DNA of 64,000 bases, taken from positions 19,274 through 83,273 of the IMG/VR virus record IMGVR_UViG_3300031999_000009, one strand, 5' to 3'. Every line of letters starts with the position of its first letter. Positions within the stretch are counted from its first letter, which is position 1. The position numbers and the translations under genes were made by a program. Source of the DNA: a virus. Below, in pieces: positions 9,685-20,617 of this stretch. Below the pieces are notes generated by a model. The model made no database searches, was not told the origin of the DNA, and saw only the letters and a list, made by a program, of their open reading frames with translations.

Positions 9685-10487
9685 TGTCGAACTTCCTCTA
9701 CACACGTCCGACTGAGCGCTTGGCCGGGACGTTGGCGGTGAACTCAGGCGTTGTCGACTCGGCCTATTTGCCGGCGAACCTCGACGACGGATTCCCGCAC
9801 AAGCCCGCGAAGCTGACGGGCACGACCGGGTCATGGACTCGCGATCTCGGGTCCGCGCTGCAGGTTGACTTCTGCGCGGTCTTCCATCACAACTTAGCGG
9901 CGGCCGTCGACTTGCGACTGCAGGGCCACACGTCTGATGCGTGGGGCGGGCCAGACGTGAACCTGGCGTTCACTGTGGTCGCTGCGCACGCGGATGGCTT
10001 CACCAAGAACGTCTACATCGACTTGACAGGGTTGCTATCGGCAGCAGGACGCACCAAGCGCTGGTGGCGGTTGCTTGTCAATTCCGCGAACACGTCTGCC
10101 GTCGCCGTGGGCGAGTGGGCCATGTATTCAGCCGTCCGCAACTTCGGTGTTCGCAACATCAGCAAGGGGTCCGATCGCACGACGCGTCGTCCTGCGCTGA
10201 CGCACGAGACAGAGCTCCTGGTCAAGCGGTCCTACGACCTCGGCACGACCATCCGCGGGGTCAAAGTGACCGCTGAGTCCACCGACCTGACGCTCGCGGA
10301 CATTGACGCCTGGCATCGCTCCTCGTCCGGCGGCGTGAAGCCGTTCACGATCGTGCCGAACAAGGACGAAGACGAGCCGTGGTTCGTGACGTTCCAGGCC
10401 GAGGATCTGGCGTGGAAGCGCGAGAACCGCAACTACAATCCGCTGAGCCTTGAGTTTCAAGAGGTGTCGCGCGGGCTGACACTCTGA
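9684..10487 (+). CDS. Distal tail (Dit-like) protein
   Basis: TAATG-coupled to the tape measure gene; 267 aa ending LEFQEV. Confidence 0.6.
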   Translation: MSNFLYTRPTERLAGTLAVNSGVVDSAYLPANLDDGFPHKPAKLTGTTGSWTRDLGSALQVDFCAVFHHNLAAAVDLRLQGHTSDAWGGPDVNLAFTVVAAHADGFTKNVYIDLTGLLSAAGRTKRWWRLLVNSANTSAVAVGEWAMYSAVRNFGVRNISKGSDRTTRRPALTHETELLVKRSYDLGTTIRGVKVTAESTDLTLADIDAWHRSSSGGVKPFTIVPNKDEDEPWFVTFQAEDLAWKRENRNYNPLSLEFQEVSRGLTL

Positions 10488-10494
10488 GGTAAAG

Positions 10495-11229
10495 ATGTCC
10501 AACGTCGCTACGCACATTTTCGTGTCGGTGGGCCCGGACGGGGCCGACGCGACGCAGATCCAGCCACTTCGCGATTGGAACGAGGGCCACAAGTTCGGTG
10601 GCGGTTCGAACAACCAGTTCCTCCAGCGCGATACCGGCGACGCGACGTATGGGGCCAAGTGGAGCACGGGCCTGACCTACGACGGCACGACGCTGTCGAT
10701 TGCCAGCGCCATCGCCATCGCCGGCAACACGAACAACACCATCACGGGCACGGTGGCTGGCGCCTACACGACCACCATCACGAACTCCTCAGCGAACGCG
10801 GCGGCCTATGCCGGGCTCGCGCTGACCACGAACTCGGTGTCGCCGTCGTTGCTGCGGGCGATGTCCTCGGCCTTCACGCCGGTGAACGGCGCTCGCGCGG
10901 ATGGCGCACAGTGGATCAACGCTGCGGGTGCTGGCGGCCTGGACCTGGCCGCAGGCCACGCCAGCGGAGTTATCACGTTTTGGACGAACGGCGCGGAACG
11001 CCTCCGCATCACGGCAGCTGGCCTGCTCACGTTCGGTGGCACGTCGAACGCGTTCCCCGCCTTGAAGCGGTCCAGCGCCGACGTGCAGGTGCGACTGGCT
11101 GACGACTCGGCTTACGCCACGTTGGATTGCCTGGGGTTGAAGGCCAGCGGCGCAGCCGGTGCGAGCTTTGGTCCAGCGGCGGTGGCGTCGATTACGGTGG
11201 TGAACGGTATTGTGACGGCGATTTCGTAG
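10495..11229 (+). CDS. Tail fibre-like minor virion protein
   Basis: F.TNGAERLRITAAG fibre repeat motif; C-terminal ITVVNGIVTAIS. Confidence 0.6.
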   Translation: MSNVATHIFVSVGPDGADATQIQPLRDWNEGHKFGGGSNNQFLQRDTGDATYGAKWSTGLTYDGTTLSIASAIAIAGNTNNTITGTVAGAYTTTITNSSANAAAYAGLALTTNSVSPSLLRAMSSAFTPVNGARADGAQWINAAGAGGLDLAAGHASGVITFWTNGAERLRITAAGLLTFGGTSNAFPALKRSSADVQVRLADDSAYATLDCLGLKASGAAGASFGPAAVASITVVNGIVTAIS

Positions 11230-11248
11230 ACAAAGGAGACGATGACGA

Positions 11249-11635
11249 ATGAAGAGGGAACTGACGTTCGAAGCGGATCACGGCAAGTTGTTCGAGTCGC
11301 TACACCTCGCGTTGCGCCTTGGCCGGAGCAATCAGCAGTCCGCCCCCGGCAAGGCCACTCTGCGCGCCGAGCGTGACATCTACCGCACGTTCGAGGCCAT
11401 CTCCATGCCTGACCCGAAGAAACAGGAGGTCCGGTGCACGTGCGGGCGCGTGGTGTTCGAGCAGGACACCAAGGCTCGCGTGTTGCGGCCAGCTGGCGGC
11501 ACCGTCGTGCTGACTCAGGCCGAGGTTGAACTCCTGCAGGACCGCATCGACAAGGGCTTCTGGAGCGGCGACACCGGATTCGACATGGCCGATGCGTTGG
11601 ACTTCCTCGGCACGGCGAGGGAACGAAAGGATTAG
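11249..11635 (+). CDS. Hypothetical protein (possible fibre chaperone)
   Basis: AAGGAG RBS; 128 aa following the fibre gene. Confidence 0.45.
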   Translation: MKRELTFEADHGKLFESLHLALRLGRSNQQSAPGKATLRAERDIYRTFEAISMPDPKKQEVRCTCGRVVFEQDTKARVLRPAGGTVVLTQAEVELLQDRIDKGFWSGDTGFDMADALDFLGTARERKD

Positions 11636-11636
11636 C

Positions 11637-12800
11637 GTGGGCTTCTACGGCGGCCAGAACGGTGGTTACGATCCGGTTGGCTTCTTCACTGAAGGAGAGG
11701 TGTCCCTTCCTGAGACGGGCACGTTCCTGACGTGGGTCGAGTTCACCGACAGCGCGGATGCGACGAACGTCTGGTCGATGCAGGCGCTGGTTGACCCGTC
11801 CACCTACTACGGCGGTTTCAAGGAGCCTCGCGTCATCGAGATGGGAGCCCTGGTGCGTGCGTTGTCCGACATCAACGGCACGTATCAGGGCGCTGACTTC
11901 CAACTCGTGCTGTCCGACAACGACCGCCTGGTGCGTGGGAAACTCAAGGCGTCCTCGACGAAGTTCTTCCTGAATCGGTCCTTGGTCGTGCGGATGATCG
12001 ACGACGCATCCCGCCGCGAGGGATTGACGCCGAGAACCATCATGCGCGGGCTCGTGGCTGATTACCGCCCACTGCCAGACCTCAAGTTCTCCCTGGGTGC
12101 GCAAGACGTCATCACGCGTCGCTTCTCGTCACAAATCGCGTCGCAGAGCCAGGTGCCGAAGCGCACGATCACGTTGGATGACTTCCCCGAGGCTCCACCT
12201 GACACGGTGGGCAAGCCCGTGCCGATCATCTACGGCGTGGTGTCTGACGAGAACGAGCAAAGCGTCATCGTCGGCACGCAGCCCAAATTCGTTGCGACCG
12301 GGAACATGACCTACACGAACCATGGCACCGCCGGCACGTGGAACGTGACCTACGTGGTGACACTCGTGGGCGATGAGACGGCCTACCCGCCGTGGGCGGG
12401 CGAGAACCAGCAGGACGAGCGCGTGATTGGCACGCTCGTCATCCCGAACTGCATTGGTCCGAACGAATTCGTGCAGGGCTCTCGCTACACGACGATCGAA
12501 TGGGACCAGCCATTCGGGTTCGCGACGAAAATCTATGGCCGCTTCAAGGATGGGAACAGCTTCAAGGGTGGCACGTTCGGCTACATGGCCTACGTGCCGA
12601 AATACATCACTGAGGGCGTGCTCGCGACCGACCGCGTGATCTTCCTTGAGGGGTGGTTCAACGCTTCGCAGGACCAGTTCCAGCCACCGACGAACAACAT
12701 GTATGTCTCGGGGACGTTCGCGGCGGGGAACACGGTGCTGGTCGACAACGCCAGGGGAGTCATTCAGCCGATCTACGTCGGCCCCAAGCGGTTCAAGTAG
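11637..12800 (+). CDS. Baseplate hub / tail tip protein, N-terminal part
   Basis: GKPVPIIYG motif typical of tail-tip (lambda gpJ-like) hub proteins; ends abruptly at PIYVGPKRFK. Confidence 0.6.
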   Translation: MGFYGGQNGGYDPVGFFTEGEVSLPETGTFLTWVEFTDSADATNVWSMQALVDPSTYYGGFKEPRVIEMGALVRALSDINGTYQGADFQLVLSDNDRLVRGKLKASSTKFFLNRSLVVRMIDDASRREGLTPRTIMRGLVADYRPLPDLKFSLGAQDVITRRFSSQIASQSQVPKRTITLDDFPEAPPDTVGKPVPIIYGVVSDENEQSVIVGTQPKFVATGNMTYTNHGTAGTWNVTYVVTLVGDETAYPPWAGENQQDERVIGTLVIPNCIGPNEFVQGSRYTTIEWDQPFGFATKIYGRFKDGNSFKGGTFGYMAYVPKYITEGVLATDRVIFLEGWFNASQDQFQPPTNNMYVSGTFAAGNTVLVDNARGVIQPIYVGPKRFK

Positions 12801-15800
12801 ATGGCGCGCATCGGAGCGTTCGGCCCACTTGTGGGTTACGACTCAGCAGACTGCGGCGCTAGCGGTTTCACGGCTGGAAACAGCGGCGCGCCCATGCCTC
12901 GCAACTCTCACGACGGCACGGGTATGGGCTACGCGCTTCGCTCCTACAGCAATAGCTTGATGTCGCCTCGCTATGGCGACAACGGCGTGACTCAGGTCGC
13001 CAAGCTTGCCGCTTACACACGCTTCTGGATGCGGATTCGCCGGTATCCGCGCGCGATTCCTACGGACCTTGTCGGAGAGTGTTCGTTCTTCGGTTGGCAA
13101 GGTAACCAGCAGGGCGGGCCAATGGCGACGCTCTACCTCACTCCTGGTGGCCAGATTCGCGTGATGAACGAGGGAAACGCCCTCGCAGCGAACTACAACT
13201 CCATGTATCTGTCGCCACCCGTTCCGCTGAACGAATGGTTCAAATACGAAGTCGCAGTCATCCCCTCGCACAACGCCGGCGTCATCAAGTTTCGCGTGAG
13301 CCGTGAAGACGGCACCTACCTATTCGACGCAGGGAACCTCGGCAGCAGCCTGCTTGAAGAAGGGATCAACGCCTGGAACGGTGTCACCAGCCAGCAAGTC
13401 GTCATCACGACGTTCGGTCGCCACGTCGGGTCGACGAATTTGGGGTGCGACCTCGACCTATCGCATGGGGCATGGGATGACGCTGATTTCCCTGTCGACT
13501 CAAGGATGTCGCTCGTTCCAGTGGTCGGGTTGGGCACGTATAACTTGTGGACCGGCGGTCGTCCCGACTGGCAGGCCCGTAACATGCAGAGCGGCAGCGG
13601 TGGCGCTGAGCAAGTATCCACGACAGCTGCGGCTGACTTCAACAACCGCCAGAGCTACCGACTGAAGAATCTGCGCGAGTGTGGAATCACAGGGAATATC
13701 TACCACTGGCGGATCGCGCTCAACAACACCGCAGGCGGCGCCAGCGGTGCGATTCGCTACTTCATCCGCATCAACGGCACCATTTACGAGACGCCAACGC
13801 TGAACACGGCAGGGTCGCCGCTGAACTGGCAATCATGGACCTTTTCCGGTGTCGTTATCACTCCAGACGACGATCTCGAAATCGGTGTCGGCGGCGGCAG
13901 CGCTGGCACGATGGGGATGGGCGGCATGTGCCTGCTTGTCGACCACGACTCACCTATCACCGAATTCGCTGGTGGCGACTTCGAGATCCAGAATGTGTCT
14001 TGGGTTGGCACTGGAGGGGCTGGCCAGTCGGTGACGTTGCCGTTCATTCCCCACATGCTTCTGTGGTGGCCGCGCACGGACGTGACGATCGGTAGCGGGA
14101 GCTATCCACCCGGAGGCATGTGGTGGGACACGCTGTCTGGGTGCCACGACCAGGCGTCTCCTGGCCCTCGCCGTGACCAGATCAGGGTCTTCGAAGACCG
14201 CGAGGCGCAGACGGCCACGCTCTCGATCGTGGGCAACTACACCCACATGAACGCGGCAGGCATCACGTATGACTGCCTTTGCGTGCGCGATCCACAGAAC
14301 CGTATTCACGCGCGCGGAAACATCTCCCAGCGCGCGCAGACGATTCCCGTGAATACCGACGATGCGGATTATCCCATCAACGCCGGCACGTCCACGCCAG
14401 AGTTGTTCAGCGTGTTCGCGCCGGAAGCGATGTTTCTCTATGGGGAGTCTGACAACACGTCCCTGACGGCCTACTTTCGCGGGCTGAAGCAATCGGGCGA
14501 TGCCACGTTGCCGTGGGGCCCCGCCGTCGCCGTGACGGACGTGATTCAGGCATTGACCGCCAGTGGGTGGCAAGCTGGCACGCTTGCTTACCAGACGAAT
14601 CAGATTGACGGCGTATTCATCGGGTTTCGCACGAATTCGTTCCAGACGTCGAGTCCATTCGCGATCGCGTTCTATCAGGGAGACGCGAGCGGCGGTGGGC
14701 TGGCGCCTGGGATCAATCGCACGATCCCGCTGGCGCTGGGCGGGAAAGTTCCAGAATGGGTCGTCGTCTTTCCCCCCACAAGCGCGCAGCGTTACATGAA
14801 GAGCGCCTTCACGCTCGGCAAGATTGTCGCCTCCTACAGCGAGTCCAACAAGGACAGCGCGGAGACGCTGAACGCTGCGGGCTTCACGCGGACGGCCCAG
14901 ACGTTCCAGACATCAAACCCTGCTGGATCAGTTGAGAAGATCACGTTCTATCTCAAGAAGACCGGCGTGCCGACTGGCACGATGCGGGCGAAGGTGTGGT
15001 TGACCAGCGCTGGAGCGCCGACCGGCGCACTCCAGATCGCATTGAGCGCCACCGTGGACGTGTCAACGCTTTCTGACTCAGCGTTCGCGCTCGTGGACTT
15101 CACGTTTCCGTCAGACGAGAAGATCGTCCTCCTCAACAACACCACCTATGCCGCGGTTCTCGAGTATCTCGGTGGCGATGCGTCGAACTACGTCGAGGTC
15201 GGACAAGACGCCAGCGCTCCTGCCGCGACTGGGTCCAAATACAACTGGAACGGTGCGGTCTGGGCCATTGACACCGAAGATCTGTGCTTCTACGTGTATC
15301 TCGAGAGTGCTCGTGTCTGGGCCGCGGCCGGTGACACGACGAACGCGATCGTTGACTTGGTCGCGGACGGCGTGGTTGTCAACAACTCGCTGAACGATGG
15401 CGTGCTGCAGGGCTCCTACCCTGAGTCCAACTTCGCGGCCTCTACCGAGAAGCTCGACGGCAGCCCCACGGCGACCGCCCAGACCTTCACGTCGGCTTCG
15501 TCGGGAGAGCTCGCCTCTGCGATGTTCTACCTCAAGAAGACTGGTCTGCCACTGGGCACCTATGCGGCAAAGCTCTATGCGACGGTCGCTGGCGTGCCGA
15601 CCGGCGCCGCGCTGGCGACGAGCGACGCGCAGTTGGCTGGCGATCTCGACAACACCAACTACGAGATGATTCGTCTCACGTTCACTGGCGCGAACCGGAT
15701 CACGCTTGCTGCGGCGACCGTCTACGCCATCGCGATTGAATATACCGGCACGGCGTCCGACTACATCGACGTCGCCCAGGACAACACGGCCCCGACCCAC

Positions 15801-17219
15801 GCGGGCGTCAAATACAATTTCACGGGGGCGTGGGCGAGCGATACCCCAGACCTGATCTTCTACCTGTTTACAGCCAGCGCCGGCTGGTATACCGCCCTGG
15901 CGTGGACGACCGGGCTCGACGCCTTGGGCGTGCTGCCGGACGGTCTGTGGCACAAGTTCTTGGTTGCTGGCCACGCGTGCAAGTCGATCGACTCATGGTA
16001 TGTCGGTGGCATCAGGCAACCGACGTTCAGCGCCCAGGGCGACCCGGACACGGAAGCCTATTTCCTGATTCCCGGCTATTCTGCCTACGACAACGCCTTC
16101 GGCACGAACGTCACGACCGAGACGATCAATGGTCGCCTCTACACGGTGTGCTATGTGAAGGAGGGCGGGAACAGCCCGATCGACGTCGAGAGCATCCGAA
16201 ATGGGTCGACACCGTTCTCGTTGAACGTGCAGGGCATTGAAGACGTGGGAAACGGGACTGGCACGGTCATCTCGCGTTCCTTCGACATCTACAAGCACGC
16301 GATGCAGAACTGGGTCTTCGGAGACTACCAAGCGGGGGCCTGGCTGTCGACGCCGACGTTTCCTGATTCTGAGGGTGTCCTGTTGATGCGCGAGGAGAGC
16401 TTCAGCGAGGCGTCCGCGCTCTCCGCCCGTCGCGTCGGTGGAGGTTACGTTGGCGCCGGAGGGTTCGGGCTCGACGGCAATTTCATGTCGGTGCGCGAGG
16501 CCGTCCGCGTCCTGAACGTGTCCTGTGACTGCGACTCCGGGCTCAATCGCCTGTGCCAGTTCTTCGTCTCCATGACCGACGACGCGGCGGCTGTGCTTAC
16601 AGCTAGCCCCGTCTTCGTGGACGCGGATGATGTGAAGCGCGGATCGTTCTCTGTTGATGACGATTTCGCGAATCACTTCAACGTGGTGCCCTTCGCTTAC
16701 GCGAAGGACTACGTGTCCGGGTCGAAGACGCCGTGGCGTGGGGTTGATGAAGCTCGCGACCAGGCGTCCATTGACGGCTACGAAGACACACTGACCATGC
16801 CCGTTCAAGAGCTGGGCTTCGTGCGTGATCAAGTCACCGCCTCGGATATTGCACATCGGAAACTGCTGCGCCACAAAGATCCGCCGCGTCGCGTGCAGTT
16901 CACGACGCCTGTGCAGGGCTACAACGCGGAGCTCGGAGACGTTCGCCTGCTCTCTCACTACGAAGGTGTCGGCGCGACCGGGTGGAGTCGCCAGCCTCTG
17001 CGCGTGCATCGCCACGCCGCCAACCTGAACGACGACACGGTGCAGTTCGAGTGCTACGACTTGAGTCGTCTGTTCGAGTCGGCGTTCATCCTCGGCAACG
17101 AGGTCGTGCTGAACCCATCGTGGGCGGCAGCCCCGCCGCTGGATCGCGTCTATGGCTACTTGGCTGACGAGACAACTGAGGTCTTCTCAGACGGCGAACC
17201 TGGGAAGCGAGTGCGCTGA
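12801..17219 (+). CDS. Tail tip / receptor-binding protein paralog 1 (variable N-terminal domains + conserved hub-like C-terminus)
   Basis: 1472 aa; last ~430 aa (GLWHKFLVAGHA...YGYLADE...PGKRVR) shared with the next two ORFs. Confidence 0.75.
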   Translation: MARIGAFGPLVGYDSADCGASGFTAGNSGAPMPRNSHDGTGMGYALRSYSNSLMSPRYGDNGVTQVAKLAAYTRFWMRIRRYPRAIPTDLVGECSFFGWQGNQQGGPMATLYLTPGGQIRVMNEGNALAANYNSMYLSPPVPLNEWFKYEVAVIPSHNAGVIKFRVSREDGTYLFDAGNLGSSLLEEGINAWNGVTSQQVVITTFGRHVGSTNLGCDLDLSHGAWDDADFPVDSRMSLVPVVGLGTYNLWTGGRPDWQARNMQSGSGGAEQVSTTAAADFNNRQSYRLKNLRECGITGNIYHWRIALNNTAGGASGAIRYFIRINGTIYETPTLNTAGSPLNWQSWTFSGVVITPDDDLEIGVGGGSAGTMGMGGMCLLVDHDSPITEFAGGDFEIQNVSWVGTGGAGQSVTLPFIPHMLLWWPRTDVTIGSGSYPPGGMWWDTLSGCHDQASPGPRRDQIRVFEDREAQTATLSIVGNYTHMNAAGITYDCLCVRDPQNRIHARGNISQRAQTIPVNTDDADYPINAGTSTPELFSVFAPEAMFLYGESDNTSLTAYFRGLKQSGDATLPWGPAVAVTDVIQALTASGWQAGTLAYQTNQIDGVFIGFRTNSFQTSSPFAIAFYQGDASGGGLAPGINRTIPLALGGKVPEWVVVFPPTSAQRYMKSAFTLGKIVASYSESNKDSAETLNAAGFTRTAQTFQTSNPAGSVEKITFYLKKTGVPTGTMRAKVWLTSAGAPTGALQIALSATVDVSTLSDSAFALVDFTFPSDEKIVLLNNTTYAAVLEYLGGDASNYVEVGQDASAPAATGSKYNWNGAVWAIDTEDLCFYVYLESARVWAAAGDTTNAIVDLVADGVVVNNSLNDGVLQGSYPESNFAASTEKLDGSPTATAQTFTSASSGELASAMFYLKKTGLPLGTYAAKLYATVAGVPTGAALATSDAQLAGDLDNTNYEMIRLTFTGANRITLAAATVYAIAIEYTGTASDYIDVAQDNTAPTHAGVKYNFTGAWASDTPDLIFYLFTASAGWYTALAWTTGLDALGVLPDGLWHKFLVAGHACKSIDSWYVGGIRQPTFSAQGDPDTEAYFLIPGYSAYDNAFGTNVTTETINGRLYTVCYVKEGGNSPIDVESIRNGSTPFSLNVQGIEDVGNGTGTVISRSFDIYKHAMQNWVFGDYQAGAWLSTPTFPDSEGVLLMREESFSEASALSARRVGGGYVGAGGFGLDGNFMSVREAVRVLNVSCDCDSGLNRLCQFFVSMTDDAAAVLTASPVFVDADDVKRGSFSVDDDFANHFNVVPFAYAKDYVSGSKTPWRGVDEARDQASIDGYEDTLTMPVQELGFVRDQVTASDIAHRKLLRHKDPPRRVQFTTPVQGYNAELGDVRLLSHYEGVGATGWSRQPLRVHRHAANLNDDTVQFECYDLSRLFESAFILGNEVVLNPSWAAAPPLDRVYGYLADETTEVFSDGEPGKRVR

Positions 17220-20200
17220 TGGCCCGCATTGCGGTCTGCGGATTCGAAATTCCATCGGCCGGCGCCGAGGCTTTGCAGGCTGGCGCGCAGGGCGCCGGAG
17301 ACAATGGTCGGTGTGGCGGTGTCGCGTTCACGATGGACAACATCCGGGTTGGCAGCAGCCGAAACTACCGGGTGGACTTCAACAACATCGGGACTATCTA
17401 CGTTCGTTTCTATATTCGATTCCGAGAATACCCGGTCGCAGGGACTGGCGCTCCAGTCGCGACGACTGGCACTGTCATCTTCGTGGCGGACGGATCGATC
17501 GAGGGAGGGGCCGGCGAGTTCTACATGACCGCTGAGTATGGTGGATCGCTGAAATGTTGGTCGGATGGGAACGCGGCAGCTCCGACACAAATGGGCGCCT
17601 CCACCCAGACGATGGCGCTCAACAAGTGGTATCGGGTCAATCTGACGCTCGCGTGGGGGAACGGCTCGGTTAATTCGGGCTCTGCCATTGTGGCCATCAC
17701 AGACCCAGACGACCTGGACCACCCCACGTCGACGCTGCACAGAAACGGCGCCAACGTGAACGGTATCAATTCGAATGGCACCATCACCGGGATCTACATG
17801 GGGTCGCAAAGCTCGACGCTTCCCGTCAACGGGGGCAAGATCGACTTTGACGACCTTGTTGTGGATAACGCCAGCGCACCGGGCCCAGGGTTCATCACGC
17901 TGTGTCGAATTGTTGGCCAGGGTTCTTACAATGGATGGGGAGCCCCAGACTATCGAGGGATGAGAAAGTTCCCCATCGACACCATCGCTCCATTCGGCTG
18001 TTCGACAACCACTGCTGGCGACCGCGTTTCGTTCCAAGTGGAGTCGCCAGGCGCGGCGCTCGGCGTGACTGGCACGATCAATGTGCTTCGCATGATTGCC
18101 CACGGCTCGCTCTCTAAATCCAACTGGCGGCTGATACTCCGCGCTAACGGCGTGGAGTCTTCGTCTCCGCTTCAGGCTGCGTCGCCTACGGGCAATTGGA
18201 AGAGCATCCTGACAGGCCAATTCCAAGGTGGTTGGTGGTTCGACGGGCCCATCGCCCCCGGTGGCACTTACGAAGTAGGCATAGATGGTGGCGATACTCC
18301 CGCTGGGTCGGATTCTTGCCAATTCCTCGGCCTCATCGTCGAGCATTCCTCGCCGGATTGGACACCGCCGATTGAGACTGGCGACATCCAGATCAAACGC
18401 GGAAGTTTCGTTGGCACTGGCGCGAACTTCATCGACGTGGCCATCGGGTTCGCCACGCCTGCTCGACCCACGGCGATCTTCGCTCGAATTTCATCTGGCG
18501 ACACAGGGGCATTCTGGTGTCAGGCGAATGGTCGCCGCGGCGAATACTCCACGCGCTTTAATGATGGCAACACGCTGGCCGGCATTGCACACGTCGATAC
18601 AGACGTGTTCACACTGGCGAAGCTGAACGGCCTGAACAATCTTGGCGCCACGATTTACTGGCTGGCAATTTCCGACCCGGAGAAGCGGATGGTCGAGTCC
18701 GTCACGCGTGACTCGACTGGCGATGACACTGACAACGACGTCGTCAAGCTGACTCAACCAGGCTTCGTGATTGAGGCCATGATCGCGACGGGTCAGTCCG
18801 ACGTGGTGACGACCACGTTTTCGCATTACAAAGGGTTGCAGCATGGTGATCTCAGTAGCCATTTGAACCAGAACCTGGCCCCGCAGGCCGATGCGATTCA
18901 GAGAATGGGCACTGGAGAGTTCGAGCTCGGCCTCCTGTCAGGCTTTGGGAGCTTCAACGTCACGCGCGTCCCAGCGATGTGCTTTCGCCGCGCTGGTGTG
19001 TTCTACGTGAACACCCTCTGCGAGATCGGTAGCTACGTCGGCGACAACACCATTGGACGGGTCATCCCGTTCACGTGGAACGCGACCGCTCTTGGCATGC
19101 TGTTGGTGGTCCCGTCCGTGGTGACGACGAAGCGCGCGCTGCGATGGGGGATGGCCGCCACCAACAACGAATGGAACGCCACGGGCGCCTTCGCCACGGG
19201 CATCACGGCGGCTGACCATACAGGATTCACGGTCAGCACCGTCACGAATAATTTCAATGCGACCGGCGTGACGTATCACTACTTGGCCTTTGCCGACGGT
19301 GTCGACGCGGCGCCGTTCGTGCCGTTCCTGCCCGCCGGCGTCTGGCACGAGTATTTGGTTGCCGGCCACGCGGTGAAGTCCATCGACTCGTGGTATGTGG
19401 GCGGCGTGCGCCAGGAGATCGCGAGCGCGGAAGGCGACCCCGATCTCGATGCCTATTTCCTCATCCCTGGATATTCAGCCTGGTCTGCAGTCTTCGGTGC
19501 TGGCGCCGCGCCTCGACAGGTCGTTCGAAACGGGCATACCTACACGCTGATCTACGTGAAAGAGGGCGGCGTCAGCCCGCTCGACATCGAAGCGATCCGT
19601 GGAGGCACGACGCCGATCACGCTCAACGTGCAGGGGGTCGAGACGGTTGGCGACACCACGGGCACGGTGATTCAGGACTCGCTCGATATCTACAAGCACC
19701 TGATGCAGAACTGGATCTTTGGCGACTACCAAACGGGCGCATGGTTGGCGACGCCGACGTTCCCAGATAGCGACGGGTTGCCCATGATGTTCGAGCCGAG
19801 CTTCGACGCCGCCAAGACGCTCGCGTCAAGCCGCGTGGGCGGAGGCTATGTGGGCGCGGGAGGGTTCGGGCTCGAGGGCGCCTTCATCAACATCCGAGAA
19901 GCCATCCGTGTGCTGAATCTGTCGTGCGACGTTGACGCTGGCCTGAACCGCCGCTGCCAGTTCTTCGTGGCTATGACCGACGATTCTGCGACGGCGTTGA
20001 ACTATTCCCAGGAATTGGTTGACGCGAATGATGTCGTGCGTGGGTCGCTGGACGTCTTAGACGACTTCTCCAACCACTTCAACATCATCCCGTTCGTCTA
20101 CGCCCGCGACTACGTGGGCGGGTCCAACACGCCCTGGCGCGGCACCGACGAAGTGCGCTCGGCTGAGTCGATTGTCACCTACGAAATGTCACTCGTGATG

Positions 20201-20617
20201 ACGTCGCAGGAATTGGCCTTCGTGCGCGACCAGGCGACTGCCATCGACATTGCCAGGCGGAAGTTGATCCGACACAAAGACCCGCCTCGGACGGCACGAT
20301 TCCGCATGCACGTGGGCGGCAACAACGTCGATCTCGGAGACGTCAGACTCCTGACGCACTACGGCGGGATCGGCGGGTCTGGCTGGTCGCAGCAGCCCCT
20401 GCGCGTGCAGCGTCACACGGTGGCGCCTGACAATACCGTTGAGTTCGAGTGCCTTGACTTGAGCCGCCTGTTCGAAGCCGTCTTCATTCTCGGCGACGAG
20501 CTGGTGTTGCCATCGTCCTGGCCGGCGGCCTCGACCGCGCAGCGACTCTATGGCTACTTGGCCGACGAGCTCACGGCCGAATTCTCCACCGGCGATCCCG
20601 GAAAGCGGGTGCGGTAG
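17219..20617 (+). CDS. Tail tip / receptor-binding protein paralog 2
   Basis: 1132 aa; MARI start; GVWHEYLVAGHA...PGKRVR C-terminus. Confidence 0.75.
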   Translation: MARIAVCGFEIPSAGAEALQAGAQGAGDNGRCGGVAFTMDNIRVGSSRNYRVDFNNIGTIYVRFYIRFREYPVAGTGAPVATTGTVIFVADGSIEGGAGEFYMTAEYGGSLKCWSDGNAAAPTQMGASTQTMALNKWYRVNLTLAWGNGSVNSGSAIVAITDPDDLDHPTSTLHRNGANVNGINSNGTITGIYMGSQSSTLPVNGGKIDFDDLVVDNASAPGPGFITLCRIVGQGSYNGWGAPDYRGMRKFPIDTIAPFGCSTTTAGDRVSFQVESPGAALGVTGTINVLRMIAHGSLSKSNWRLILRANGVESSSPLQAASPTGNWKSILTGQFQGGWWFDGPIAPGGTYEVGIDGGDTPAGSDSCQFLGLIVEHSSPDWTPPIETGDIQIKRGSFVGTGANFIDVAIGFATPARPTAIFARISSGDTGAFWCQANGRRGEYSTRFNDGNTLAGIAHVDTDVFTLAKLNGLNNLGATIYWLAISDPEKRMVESVTRDSTGDDTDNDVVKLTQPGFVIEAMIATGQSDVVTTTFSHYKGLQHGDLSSHLNQNLAPQADAIQRMGTGEFELGLLSGFGSFNVTRVPAMCFRRAGVFYVNTLCEIGSYVGDNTIGRVIPFTWNATALGMLLVVPSVVTTKRALRWGMAATNNEWNATGAFATGITAADHTGFTVSTVTNNFNATGVTYHYLAFADGVDAAPFVPFLPAGVWHEYLVAGHAVKSIDSWYVGGVRQEIASAEGDPDLDAYFLIPGYSAWSAVFGAGAAPRQVVRNGHTYTLIYVKEGGVSPLDIEAIRGGTTPITLNVQGVETVGDTTGTVIQDSLDIYKHLMQNWIFGDYQTGAWLATPTFPDSDGLPMMFEPSFDAAKTLASSRVGGGYVGAGGFGLEGAFINIREAIRVLNLSCDVDAGLNRRCQFFVAMTDDSATALNYSQELVDANDVVRGSLDVLDDFSNHFNIIPFVYARDYVGGSNTPWRGTDEVRSAESIVTYEMSLVMTSQELAFVRDQATAIDIARRKLIRHKDPPRTARFRMHVGGNNVDLGDVRLLTHYGGIGGSGWSQQPLRVQRHTVAPDNTVEFECLDLSRLFEAVFILGDELVLPSSWPAASTAQRLYGYLADELTAEFSTGDPGKRVR

